Notes under the pieces: generated by a model
What the model was told of the DNA's origin: nothing
The model's database searches: none
Seen by the model: only the letters and a program-made list of their open reading frames with translations
Shown: positions 29,251-40,174 of the stretch, in pieces
How the letters are laid out: each line of letters starts with the position of its first letter
Numbering within the stretch: the stretch's first letter is position 1
DNA from: a virus
IMG/VR virus record: IMGVR_UViG_3300042904_000405
Location: 1 to 64,000 of that record
Direction: 5' to 3' (one strand)
DNA: 64,000 nucleotides
Translations under genes and position numbers: made by a program

Positions 29251-31684
29251 ACGGCCTCCACGCACTGTGGCTTCAGGTACATCGGGTTGCCGAAGCGTGG
29301 CTGCGGGATGTCCAGCTTGACGGCCACCCTGTCGCCCTTGGCCGAGTACACCGTCACGCCGGTGGCGCCGTCGAGCACCTTCGGCCGGATGTTCGTCAGC
29401 CGCACCCGCGTGCCCACCGGCAGCGACGCGTTCCTGGCGTTCAGCGCCCGGGTGACCAGATCCTTCAGCTCGCCGAGCTGCTTGGCGTCGGCCTCGCGGC
29501 TGATGAACTGGTCGACCTCTTCGTACGTCATGATTCCCCTTTCAGGTTGTGCTGGGTCGCCCAGCAGTTGGTGCGGGGCTTGTTGACCTCGCCCTCGCAG
29601 ATGCATTGGTCGATGGGGATCGTCTCCACCTTCGGCTCCTCATCAGGCAGCCCTTTGACGCAGGGGAAGACCTTGAACGTGTCGAGGTAGTTCTCCCACT
29701 TGCCGTAGTGAGGGTCGCCCTCGTTGTCGGCGATGATGTCGGACCACGTCGTCTCAACGAGCTGCCGCAGGCTGGCGTACTCCTCGTCGAGCGACTCGGG
29801 GTTGCCCCGGTACGGCCGCCGGCGCAGATCGGCACAGCCGGCGCGATGGACGTGCCACTCGCCGCCCATTCCGATGTTCGGCCCGGTGACGTTGAGGATC
29901 ATGCGTCGTGTCCTTCCTCTCTCAGGCAGTTGCCCTGTTGGTCGATCTCGTAGCCGCACTCCCCGCAGCCGTAGGCCTCGCCGCATCGACCGCACGTCGG
30001 CGACACCGTGTCGCCCTGCATGATCAGCTCCAGGTCGCTCTCGGTCCACGGCTCGTGCTTGGTCCAGAACTGGCATCCGTTGCACCAGAACGTGCGCAGC
30101 ACCTGCGTGCCGTCCTGGAACACCTGGAGGTCGAACATCGCCTCCAGCCGTCGTGCTCGCTCGGGCATCAGCACTCCCTCATCAGCTCTCGGAGGCGCGC
30201 GTCGCCGGCCGAGGAGAGCTGCTTGCCGTAGCCCTCCTCGTACTTCTCCACGCCGAACTGTTCGATCGCGGGGGTCAGGCCGCCGAGCTTGGCGATCTCG
30301 TCGCAGACCTGACCGCGGAACTGCGGCCAGACCATGTCGAGGGCGAGGACGTCTTCGTCCGCGGCTGCGACCGTGGTCGGCGGCAGCGTCCGGTAGACGA
30401 TCTGCGGCTCACTCTTCTGGCAGGCGACCAGGCCCAGCAGCGCGATCGGGATGATGAGCAGTCGCTTCATGATCTGTCAGCCTCCAGCTTGTGTTCGACC
30501 CACTCGGTGTAGCCGAGCACGGTGTCACCGTTGGCGACCTCGTACTGCCAGTCGGCGAGCGTGTAGTCGTCGTGTTCCGTCATCTGTTCCTCCACAGGTG
30601 GTCGATGTCTCGCATGTGCTCCTCGTACTCCTGCTCCTCGGTGTAGGGCTCGATGTCGGGGATCGTGTACTCGGCGCGGCCTCGGACGTGCAGCTCCTCG
30701 GTGCCAGCGCAGAACGCCGAGTGCGTCCCGATCGACACCCAGTCGTACTCGTTGGTCAGGTCGTTCCACCGCACGTCGAGGTGGTGCTTGCACGTCAGGC
30801 AGATGATCGGGTGGTGCGCCACGGTTCCTCCTCAGCAGCTGGCGTAGCCCATGAACGCCCACTGGCCGTCGCCGGCCGGGACGCACACGGCGCTGCCCCA
30901 CTTGTCGTCGAACACCTCGGCCATCTGGCGGAAGTTCGGGATCTGACGCAGCTGCGTGATCGCCTTCTTCGCATCGATCTCCCACTGGAGGGGCGGCGTG
31001 ATCTTCGGCTTCTTCCACTTCAGCGCCCTCGTGATGACGGCGTTGTTCGTGTCGTACTGCGGGCGCCGCGGTTCGAACGGCTCCGCTGGCGGCGTGTCGT
31101 CGACCGGCACCCGGCAGGTCACCGTCTCGGTCACCTTCATCGTGACCGTGCGGGTGTAGGTCGCCGTCTTGTGCAGCGGCTCCGGTGGGCGATCATCCAG
31201 CACCTCGTAGCTCGATGCGCTGAGGGCGTTGAACAGCTCCTCGGCTGTCATGCCTTTCGGCAGCTGGTAGCACACGAAGCCCGCCTTCTCGGCGATCGTC
31301 CCCGTGTAGCCACCGTGGCCGAACTCGTGCGCCGCCTCCCGGTAGGCGTTGTCGAACGCCTCCGAGGCGGTCTTGCCCTTGCCGATGCTGAAGAACGTTG
31401 TTGCTCCCATGTCATCCTCCTGTTGTGACAGCTGACAGCTCGATCACCCAGTAGCCCCAGGGGAAGCGCTGCTCCTCCGCCCACCCGTCGGCCACCTCGG
31501 GATCGTCGAACGGACCGATGTGGTTGAAGCCATCGACCGGCGTGCCGGTGATGACGATGTGCTGGGCAGCGCCCGGGGCGCGCGTCAGTTGGATCACCTC
31601 GTCGTTCAGACGGATGACGGCCTGTCGCCAGGTCTCGTCGTCGCCCGTGTTGGGGATCGGCGTGTCGCCGCAGTCGTGGTCCAT
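29247..31684 (-). other. Run of small early genes (29247-29531, 29528-29902, 29899-30168, 30168-30470, 30467-30583, 30580-30822, 30832-31410, 31412-31684)
   Basis: Coupled ORFs with GGAGG SD sequences. Confidence 0.65.
30168..30470 (-). CDS. Lipoprotein
   Basis: MKRLLIIPIALLGLVAC lipobox. Confidence 0.75.
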   Translation of the reverse strand: MKRLLIIPIALLGLVACQKSEPQIVYRTLPPTTVAAADEDVLALDMVWPQFRGQVCDEIAKLGGLTPAIEQFGVEKYEEGYGKQLSSAGDARLRELMREC

Positions 31685-32571
31685 CACGTTCCTCCTGTTG
31701 TCACTACGAACCCGCTCTTGCCGATGAGCTGGCGGGCCCGACCCTTTGCGCTCAGGTCTCCGATGACGCCCTCCTGGAACATCCACTCGTCGGTGAGGTC
31801 GGCGTCGACGACGTTGGCCCAGTAGACGTTGCCGCCGAGCCAGATCGGCTCCGGCTTCTGTCCCTTGCGACGAGACGTGACGACAGCGACTGAACCGCCG
31901 CGCTCCACGAAGTCGAAGACGGCGTGCTGATCGCTGTTCTCGTTCCAGCTGTACGCCAGGCGGTAGGTCGCGCCGACCCAGCCGTCGGTGTCGAGGACGA
32001 ACGGGTCCTTCGTGTACCCGTAGCTGAGCACCCGCGTCCCGAGCGTGTCGCCGTTGGTGAGCGACGGCAGGATCAGATCCCACCGGACGTCGCTATTGAC
32101 GTTGGGCCGGAACAGGATGTTCGTCTTCCAGTGCCGGGTCCAGGCGGCTTCCAGCTCCCAGCCCAGCAGGAAGGCGAACGCCCGCGGCTGCTCGCAGAGG
32201 AAGTCCACCTTCGCCCGGCGCGCCTCCTTGACCGCTTCGAAGGAGCCGTTCCCGTTGTCGAGGACGCACACCTTCTGACAGTCGCCGGCATGCGGGCAGG
32301 CGTTGACGATCAGGCCACGCTTGACCCGTGTCGTCGTGTGCTGAAGCGTGAGCCCGTAGCTCGGCACCTTGCCCTTCAGCAGCTTGTCGTTGTCGGCCGG
32401 CCAGGTGAGCAGTCGCAGGGCGGGACCGGTGAAGCCTCGCTTCTCCCGGTACGCCTGGTACAGCTTCATCGCCAGGCCTCGTTCGTGCCTGCTGGCATGC
32501 GAGGCTCCCCGGACGAAGTACTCGTCCATGGCCGCCGCGTGCGGCAGCAGGTGGTCAGTCAGCGTCTTCAT
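31684..32571 (-). CDS. GP88-like phage protein (Cys-cluster, radical-SAM-like)
   Basis: NACPHAGDCQKVC...ARRAK...FRPNVNSD...YGYTK pattern. Confidence 0.7.
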   Translation of the reverse strand: MKTLTDHLLPHAAAMDEYFVRGASHASRHERGLAMKLYQAYREKRGFTGPALRLLTWPADNDKLLKGKVPSYGLTLQHTTTRVKRGLIVNACPHAGDCQKVCVLDNGNGSFEAVKEARRAKVDFLCEQPRAFAFLLGWELEAAWTRHWKTNILFRPNVNSDVRWDLILPSLTNGDTLGTRVLSYGYTKDPFVLDTDGWVGATYRLAYSWNENSDQHAVFDFVERGGSVAVVTSRRKGQKPEPIWLGGNVYWANVVDADLTDEWMFQEGVIGDLSAKGRARQLIGKSGFVVTTGGT

Positions 32572-35500
32572 CTTCCTCCTTCGGCGGGTCGGCGGGTAGA
32601 TGTGAGATGTCGCAGGCGCCCAGGTCGAACGGCCGCAGCAGCGCCGACACCTCGTCGATCAGCTGCCAGGCGCTGGCGGGGTGCTTGTCGGCGAGCGCCT
32701 TGAACTCCTGCCACCCGATCACGGGCCCGCCGTTGGTGGCGGCACGCTCAACGACCTCGCCGTTCTCGGAGCCGTCGTAGAACAGCTCGTAGCCGTCATT
32801 CTCGTATTTGGCGTCGGTCTGGGCGTGGAACGGGATGCGGTGCTCCACGAGCCAGTCGAGGAAGTTGTCCGCATCGCTGTCGCCGGTCCAGCCGTAGTTC
32901 AGCTCGCCGGCCCAGTCGAGCGTGAGGAACTCGTCGCCCTCCCACTGGGCGACGTTCATCGCCTCGAACCACTCGAACTCAGGCAGGCGCACCGTGCGCT
33001 CGAGGTACTCCTCGCCGCCGTAGATCGGCATGGAGTAGCCGCCGCGCCCTTCGGTCCAGTCCGAGATGTGACGCCGGATGATCGGCTCGCCCTCCCAGTC
33101 GACGGGCACCTTGATGGTGATCGACGACCCTGTCATCTCGCTCATGTGTCTCCTCCTCAGAGATCGGGATGCCAACGCCAGCCGCATGCCGTGGCGGCGT
33201 CACTGGCGTAGCGGGCGGCGTCGGACCATGCGGTCTCGCCGTAGAACGTCTTCGATCGCAGCTTGCCGGGCACGTTCTGGAGGATCACCTTGTAGGCGCC
33301 GTCCTTCCAGACGTGCTCCGACCGCTTCTCCAGCAGGTCGGCGACCTTGATCTCGATGAGAGCCGGCTGCACGTCGTCACCCCGGTCGACCAGACCGTGG
33401 CGATGGGCCGCGTAGCGCCACTCGCCGTGGACGATGTAGCGGTCCTTGTTGAGTCGTGTCGTGGTCATCACCAGCTCGATTGGTAGAGGAACTCCACGCC
33501 GCCACGCATGGCGACAGTGGCTCGGACGATGCGGTCGATCTCGTCGATCGTGGTGGACAGGTCTTGCGCCCACCACTCGTCGATCTCGTAGCCACCGAAG
33601 AAGAAGCCCTGCCGGGGCTCCATGATCTCGGCTGCCTTCGTGAGGTCGCCGGCGTGGTAGGCGGCGAGCGCGTCCTTGCACTGGGCGCTCAGCTGCGCCA
33701 GCTGCTCAGGGTGCACCTCGGCCTCCTGGCACTCGTCCACGCCCTCCTGGCAGTGGTCGACGAACCAGGCGTGGATGGCGTTGGCCTTGCGCCAGTACGC
33801 CGCGCACAGCTTGACCGTGCTGCGGTCCTTGCTGATCTCGGCGTGGTTGGACTCGTCGCCGACGAGCGGTCGCAGCCCGGCGAGGTCGATGACCGCCTCG
33901 CACATGGCCTTCTCCTCGTCCGGGCTGTGCGACCAGCGGGACAGGTAGGCCTCGTCGTCATCGTCGTAGAACTCCACGTCGGCGGTCGCCTCGGTGAGCT
34001 TCTGCCGCACCGCCTCGTCAGCGATCCGACGACGTGCGTACAGGTACATGTCCAATCCCATGGGGATCTCCTCTCTCGTGGGCGTCTCAGCCCTGTATAC
34101 GGACGATCAGAACCGTCCCTGGTTGGTGTAGGCCCCGAGCCCTTCCAACGACGTGACGGCGAGCGTCCCGTCGGAGAGCTTGCAGAGGACGGTGTCGGCG
34201 TAGTTGAGCGTGAAGCCGGGCAGGTCGTGCTCCAGGTGCTCCAGGTCGCCCAGGCTGTTGATGTAGCCGACCGTGCCGAGCAGCTGCACCGAGCTGACCG
34301 CGAACGGCCAGGGGTGGAACTCCACCGCCTCCACCACGACTGGCTTCGGCGCTGGCTGGGTGACGTCGAGAATGCGCATCACCGGTACGTCCATTTCCCG
34401 ACGGTGTTGCCGTTGCTGTCGAGGCACTTGCCGCCGGCCTCGCCGCAGGCAGCGCGGTCGGCGACCCGGTCCATGATCCGCTTCAGTTCGTCGCGCTCTT
34501 CGATCACGTCGACGAACGCGGCGTTGTCTGTGTCGATCTCGACCTTGAGTCGCATCACGTCACCTTGAACCCGAGCGTGGTGCGCTGGAGCGTCCCGTAG
34601 AACTTCCGCGACGTGTACGGGTCCGGGCCGACGAAGTTGACCTTCGTGCCCGGCTTCAGGTCGAGGGCGTACGCCAGGGCCTCGTGGCCGAAGCGGGTCG
34701 TCTCAACCTCGACGCTCTCGGGCGTCGTGTTGAGCGCTTCCTTGACCGCCTTCTTGCTGGCGGGGCGCTTGCCGTTGATGTAGATGCCGTCCATGTCATT
34801 CCTCCTGTTGGTTGGTGCAGAACGGGTAGCCGGGCTCGCACGAGCACTCGGTGGCGCACTCGTCGGTCTCGGTGCCGTCGTCGCGCATGGCGACGTCCAT
34901 CAGCCGCAGCCCGCAGGCGCCGAACAGGCGCCCAACGTGGCGGTACCAGCCCGACCCCGTGCGCTCCACGGCCTCGCCGCAGTCCGGGCAGGTCAGCTTG
35001 TAGGCGGTCCTCATGCTCCCATCCTCCGTTCCATGGCTTCCATGGCGTCGCACTCCCACATCTCCTTGAGCCAGGCTCGGATGGCGGGCCGCGCTTCGGC
35101 TTCGTCGGTCAGTTCGTCCACGACGTTGGCGCCGCCACACATGTCGCATGTGCGGTCGTAGTGGCCGGCGAGGTAGTCGTCCTGGAAGTCTTCGCCCTGC
35201 TCGGCCCACTCGCTCTGCGTGTAGGCGCCGAGGTAGGCGGAGGACTTGCCGCGTCCCCTGCACTGCGGGCAGACGATGCGGCGGAGATCGGTGTTCGGGT
35301 TGAGCAGCACCTCGTGGTTGAGGCGCTCGCACTCCTCGTTCCAGCAGTCGTCACAAGTGACGCACCACTCGGCCATGGCGATGATGTCAGCGGGGCTCAT
35401 GCCTCCTGCCTTTCGATCCACTGACGGGCGGCCTCTTTGGCGATGCAGCCGAGGTCGGACGGTGACATCCAGGTCCCCAGCTCTTTGGAGATCCAGTTGC

Positions 35501-37349
35501 ACGGGAAGCTGCTGTGCGGGCTGAACCACTCAATCTCGGAGCCGCGCCGGCGGAACCCGCACAGAGCGTCCCACTGCTGTAGCGGGATGTCGTTGAGATG
35601 CGGGTCCGTCGATGCGAGCAGGCGGGCGGCGCCGACGGAGCGCACCACATGGCTGATCGTCTGGTCGTTGACGAACTGGGCGTAGTACTCCCGGTGGACG
35701 GCCATCGTGTCGCCGCCAGCGCGGAAGACCTCGCCGCTGCGTTCCATGTACTGGGCTCGGGTGATCATTGCGGCTCCCCTCGGGCGATGGAGCCATCGTT
35801 GAGTTCGACGATGGTCAGGTCGTCGACGGCCTCGTCCCAGCGGCCGGTGACGTTCCACTGGACCCAGACCCAGCCGTCAAGCGGGTGGGGCTCGTCCAGG
35901 ACGTAGCCGTGCTGTGGGCTCTCGCCCTGGCTGCGGACGAGGATGTCAGCGGCGATCGGTTGCCTGCACCGGGCGAACCAGTTCCCCATGAACGGGATGG
36001 CCACGTGGTGCGGCGCGTCGCCGTGGCACTCGGCGCAGTACTCGTGCTCGAACTGCTCCTGGAGCCAGGTGGCTCCGGGGATGTTGAGGTTGCTCATCCC
36101 TCACCCCAGTTCTGCGAGACGTCCCGCGGGCCGACACGCTGAGTGCCGCCGCACCGGGGACCGAAGTCGACGTGGAGCCACTTGCGGCCCACCTTGACGA
36201 TGCGGCCGTAGTCGATCACCCCGAACTTGCCGGGGTTGAACGCCTGGACGTTGTCGCCGACCTTGAAGTCGGCGATGGTGAAGCTGTCGATCATGATCCC
36301 TCCGGGGTGAACTGGCGCCACCACCGCGGGATGGTGGCGTAGCCGTCGGTGTCGGACTCGGCGTCGCGGTGCTCGTTCTCGTCCAGGTGGACCCGGCGGT
36401 CGAGCATGTCCCGCAGGAGCACGGCGCCGGCGATGGCCTCGCCGTATCGGTCGCTGTCGAAGATGTTGCCGTACAGCTCGGCCAGCTCCTGGTAGTGGAC
36501 CGGCCAATCCGGTCGGAAGAAGAGCGGCGGCATGGCGAGTACGCGGTGCAAGGCCTCTACGACGGCGACTGGGAGTGCGTCACCACTGGCCCAGTCGCCG
36601 ATCAGGTCCGGCAGTTCGAGGAGCGTCGCGCCCCGATCGCTGATCCGGTACATGGGGTTGGTATCGGCTCGTTCGGCGTCGACGGCGACTTTCATGACCG
36701 CCTTGTCGTGCCCGAGGCGGTCGGACAGGTCGTTCACGACCGCCCAGCCGGCGATGCAGCACGCCGTGCCGCAGACGTCCAGGTGGAGCGACTCGGAGTC
36801 GTAGCCCGGATCGACGAACGAGGCCATCTCGAATCGTTCGGGCTGGCGGAGGATCTGGGTGATGATCCGCTCGGTGTTGGCGACGTGCATGTCAGTGGAC
36901 CTCCCTGTCCCTGTACCAGTCGGACGGCTCGTTGAGCGTCGGCGCGCGACGGATCTCAACGGCCATCCAGACGATGAAGACGAGGACCGCCACGCCGCAC
37001 AGGATCGCCACCGTGGCGGCGATCCAGTGCCAGGACGTGTAGGCGATCACGCGTCGACGTCGACGGGCTTCGGCGCCTTCTCGGGGGTCGCCTCAAGCGG
37101 ATCGCCGGTGACGGCCTCGTGGAGGTCGGACAGGCGCTGCTGCTCGACGCGGGCGTCGAGGATGCTGCGGACGCGGTAGGCGTCGTAGGTGTTGCCGGTC
37201 TCGGCGACGCGGGCCTCATCCTCGGCCGCGGCCTCGGCGAGGTTCTTCTCCGCCTGCCACTGCTTGTCGAGGTGGGCGTCGGAGATCACCTTCGCGACGT
37301 CGTTGATCTGCTTCAGGGTCAGGTCGACCGGGAACTTGCGGGTTGCCAT
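32555..37349 (-). other. Run of small early genes (32555-33145, 33157-33468, 33468-34061, 34107-34379, 34379-34555, 34555-34794, 34796-35014, 35011-35400, 35397-35768, 35765-36097, 36094-36294, 36291-36890, 37047-37349)
   Basis: Coupled ORFs with SD sequences; 33468-34061 has the widespread phage MGLDMYL..YWRKANAIH.WF..GFFFG..YQSSW pattern. Confidence 0.7.
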
Positions 37350-37386
37350 GACTGTGCCTCCTAGGCGTCAGGTTTCCGTCGGGTAA

Positions 37387-37437
37387 CGGAACAGGCCCAC
37401 CCGCCCGGAGGGAGGCGTGGCGGGTAGGCCTGTTCCG
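37387..37437. promoter_or_regulatory. Long intergenic RNA hairpin (terminator or RNase III-type processing site)
   Basis: CGGAACAGGCC-C-ACCCGCC...GGCGGGT-A-GGCCTGTTCCG. Confidence 0.6.
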
Positions 37438-37474
37438 CCACCCCACTGGGGGATGGCGAGGGGGGTGGGGGGGG

Positions 37475-37978
37475 TCAGGGCATGGTGAGGGCCTCCTCGA
37501 GGAGCGCGCGGTCGCCGGGGCCGAACCAGCCCGGACGATCGGTCCAGAAGCCGCATTCCGACAGGACGCCGGGCTGCGAGCAGTCGGAGTGGACGGACCC
37601 GTTCCAGGTCGGCCACTCCATGACGATGTGGGCGATCTCGTGCTGCCACACGAACACCTCACGGGAGTGGGGGTCGGTGGGGTCGTAGAAGATGATCTTC
37701 GACCCCACGATCCCGGACGCCGCCACATGGTCGGTGCAGTCCCAGGAGGAGCACACCGGGGTCAGGGCGACGAAGGTGATGTCGGGGGCCGGCCCATTGC
37801 GAAGCAGCTCGTATCCGGCCATCTCGTTCCACGGCGCGAACACCGCGGCGTCGTCGACCCCCGGGATGTCCCCCACCACGTAGGTCGTACGCGGTGGGGG
37901 GCCCGGGGGGGATGGGGGGATCTGCTGGAGGGCGCACCCGGCCAGCGGCAGGGCGGCGAGAGCGGCGAGGCGCTTCAC
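37475..37978 (-). CDS. Lipoprotein with HExxH zincin motif
   Basis: MKRLAALAALPLAGC; VWQHEIAHIV; D..LL Met-turn-like end. Confidence 0.7.
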   Translation of the reverse strand: MKRLAALAALPLAGCALQQIPPSPPGPPPRTTYVVGDIPGVDDAAVFAPWNEMAGYELLRNGPAPDITFVALTPVCSSWDCTDHVAASGIVGSKIIFYDPTDPHSREVFVWQHEIAHIVMEWPTWNGSVHSDCSQPGVLSECGFWTDRPGWFGPGDRALLEEALTMP

Positions 37979-38109
37979 GCGGGCCGCTCCAGGAGGAGGG
38001 GGCCCGCGGCGAGCCAGTAGACGTCGGGGTCGTCCCACCACAGCTCCGGGTCGTCGGTGACGTGGTAGGTCCCGGCGAACCGGGGGAGCAGGTCATCCCG
38101 CTCTTGCAT
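37975..38109 (-). CDS. First small gene of leftward arm (44 aa)
   Basis: SD GGAGG; MQERDDLLPRFAGTYHVTDDPELWW; GTGA coupling. Confidence 0.5.
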   Translation of the reverse strand: MQERDDLLPRFAGTYHVTDDPELWWDDPDVYWLAAGPLLLERPA

Positions 38110-38176
38110 CAGGAGCCTCCGTTCCTGTCCCGAGACAGCCCCCGGAGAGCACGCCCTAGAGCGTCCCTCCGTTCAC

Positions 38177-38220
38177 TGCCTCTCACAATGTCATCGACCG
38201 TAGACCGGTCGATTCGTCAC
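38177..38220. repeat. Imperfect direct repeat copy 1 (TGCCTCTCACwATGT-N10-AGACCGGTCkATyyGTCAC), possibly a leftward promoter
   Basis: Second copy at 38612-38655 with identical spacing. Confidence 0.7.
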
Positions 38221-38360
38221 ACCCCCCTGGGGTGGGGGGAGGGGGCCGGGCCGGCGGGTAGGGCTGTTTCTAGCCCCCGGCGGGCCGGGCGTATGTCGAT
38301 TTCCTGCCCCCCCTAGGGGGGAGGGGGGTGGGGGGTGGCCCCCCCTGGGAGCCCCCCGCA
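38221..38360. other. Poly-G/poly-C tract region with CCCCCCTAGGGGGG palindrome; G-quadruplex-forming potential
   Basis: Multiple G4-G6 runs separated by 1-5 nt. Confidence 0.7.
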
Positions 38361-38370
38361 CACTCGCCGG

Positions 38371-38534
38371 CGAACCCCTGTTCGGGAACGTCTGTTCGAC
38401 GAACCCCTGTTCGGGTACACGCGTTCGGGTACGGGTGTTCGACGATCGAGTGTTCGGTCGCCGGGCAAACCCATGTTCGTACGATCGAGTGTTCGATCGC
38501 CGGGGGATCAAGCGTTCGTACGATCGTTCGTTCG
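38371..38534. promoter_or_regulatory. Tandem array of ten LexA (Gram-positive SOS/Cheo) box-like sites
   Basis: 14-mers at 38371, 38385, 38400, 38414, 38428, 38443, 38466, 38482, 38505, 38521; two perfect CGAAC-N4-GTTCG, all with invariant GTTCG. Confidence 0.8.
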
Positions 38535-38538
38535 ATTA

Positions 38539-38614
38539 GCAAGCGATGCCCCATCGCTCCATCGCTCCGTGCGATCGCTCGCACGCTCCGATGCTCCGAT
38601 GCCCCATCGCTTGC
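38539..38614. repeat. CATCGC/GCTCC-rich block bounded by 10-bp inverted repeat
   Basis: GCAAGCGATG (38539) ... CATCGCTTGC (38605); CGATGCCCCATCGCT occurs twice. Confidence 0.65.
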
Positions 38615-38655
38615 CTCTCACTATGTGGACGCGGGCAGACCGGTCTATCTGTCAC
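38612..38655. repeat. Imperfect direct repeat copy 2
   Basis: Matches 38177-38220. Confidence 0.7.
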
Positions 38656-38727
38656 GGGGACCGTACGGTTGTGCTAGCTTCCCCGTTGGGCGCACCACGC
38701 GTCCCACTCACAACGGAGGGTACGAAC

Positions 38728-39900
38728 ATGACGAACGAACATTGGCAAGCCATCGATGACGACACATGGCAGGAAGCGCACGGGGAAGCTGTCGACCAGC
38801 TCGCACCCCTGGCCATGTGGGCGCACTTGGCAGGGATGGTCCACGGGGATGTGTCCGCGGAGCGTGCCTATCACGCGGGGATGAAGACAGGGCAGGAAGC
38901 GCCACGCGGCATGGCACCCGCGCCAGACCCCTACGAAGGGGTCCGGCACGACGTCCATAGCAAGCGTTCCAACAGTGGGCGCACCGCTAAGCGCGTCACC
39001 CGCGCGGGACGGACCTACGTCATCGGCGCGGACCCTTTCCGCGAGCACGGGGACCCCGTCCGTATCGACGGAATCACACTCACGGCGATCGCCGACGCAT
39101 GGCACGCGATCCACGGGGGAGAGCATGAGTGCACGTGCGATGACCTCACGGAAGATCGACCGATCTACCGGAAGGGACGCATGGTCATCCGCAACGGGGA
39201 ACCCGTGACGCGCACGGTCGCTCTGCGCGCTTGCCACTGCGACCCCTTCCCCCGTCTCGCGGGGACCGACTTGCGAGCGTTCGCGGAGGTCACCCCGGAG
39301 ATTCGTGATACGTCCTACGTGACACCTAGTGCGACGCATCGCACATCGCTCGCGGGTGGTCTCGTGAACGATCGGGAGACGGTCGCACGGACCATCCGCG
39401 GACGTCGCGGCGATGGCACTCCCTACGTCATGACGGAACACGGGGAGTACGGGGATGCAATCACCGATCGGAGCGTGCCGACGATCGACACTGCCTCTCA
39501 CGTGACACGGACTCGCCTCTCCATGCGCCCGCGGAAGAGTGACCCTACGGAGTCCACGGTCGACGGAGTAACAGCACTGCTCGCACCCGCGGCAGACCGC
39601 GAGCACGTATGGCACGGGCACCGTTTGGTCCCCCGTGCGGGCGCGGTCAAGTCGGGCAGTGACACCCGCAAGCGTCGCAACGCTGCCACCCGCGCCGCGG
39701 CCCCATGGTCCCCGTTCGTCCCTGCCATCGCCGCGGCCATCGGAGGGACCGACCCCGTAGTGGTGAACGGAGTAACAGTGCGACTCACGATCCCCGGAGA
39801 CACGGGCAGATTCCGCGCCCACTTGACCTACTGCGACGGATCAACCGCGACCATCCAAGCCCGCACGGCCGACCGCGTCGCACGGGCAGTCGACGCATGA
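38728..39900 (+). CDS. Orphan 390-aa protein downstream of the SOS-box array
   Basis: SD ACGGAGGG then MTNEHWQ; long open frame; HECTC...CHC; followed by hairpin. Confidence 0.7.
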   Translation: MTNEHWQAIDDDTWQEAHGEAVDQLAPLAMWAHLAGMVHGDVSAERAYHAGMKTGQEAPRGMAPAPDPYEGVRHDVHSKRSNSGRTAKRVTRAGRTYVIGADPFREHGDPVRIDGITLTAIADAWHAIHGGEHECTCDDLTEDRPIYRKGRMVIRNGEPVTRTVALRACHCDPFPRLAGTDLRAFAEVTPEIRDTSYVTPSATHRTSLAGGLVNDRETVARTIRGRRGDGTPYVMTEHGEYGDAITDRSVPTIDTASHVTRTRLSMRPRKSDPTESTVDGVTALLAPAADREHVWHGHRLVPRAGAVKSGSDTRKRRNAATRAAAPWSPFVPAIAAAIGGTDPVVVNGVTVRLTIPGDTGRFRAHLTYCDGSTATIQARTADRVARAVDA

Positions 39901-39920
39901 CGTAGACCACGCGCCGCTGT

Positions 39921-39959
39921 ACCCCGCGCCCGATCGACTTTCTGTCACGGGCGCGGGGT
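39921..39959 (+). terminator. GC-rich hairpin
   Basis: ACCCCGCGCCCG...CGGGCGCGGGGT after stop codon. Confidence 0.6.
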
Positions 39960-40174
39960 CGCGTCACGGTCCTGCTCGATGCCAACTCGGACCGAATCGA
40001 GATCGAGCCGGCCACCAGGGGGCGCGCGTCATCCCATCTGCCCTGCGTACTGCCACATAGCATGTGTCCTACCTGGTCCTTCGTGTACCTGCAGGGTCCT
40101 GGCTACCGTGTCGCCCCAGGGCCGTGCGGAGCGAAGAAAGCCCAGGGTCTCTGCTCCCCTCGAGAGCTTCTTCT

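Noticed and set aside
38371-38534. Mini-CRISPR array
   Set aside because: Units are 14 bp and nearly abutting, with no unique 25-45 bp spacers and no cas genes.
38335-38727. N-terminal 131 aa of the 521-aa ORF in the ORF track
   Set aside because: It merely reads through the repeat array; a strong SD supports a start at 38728.
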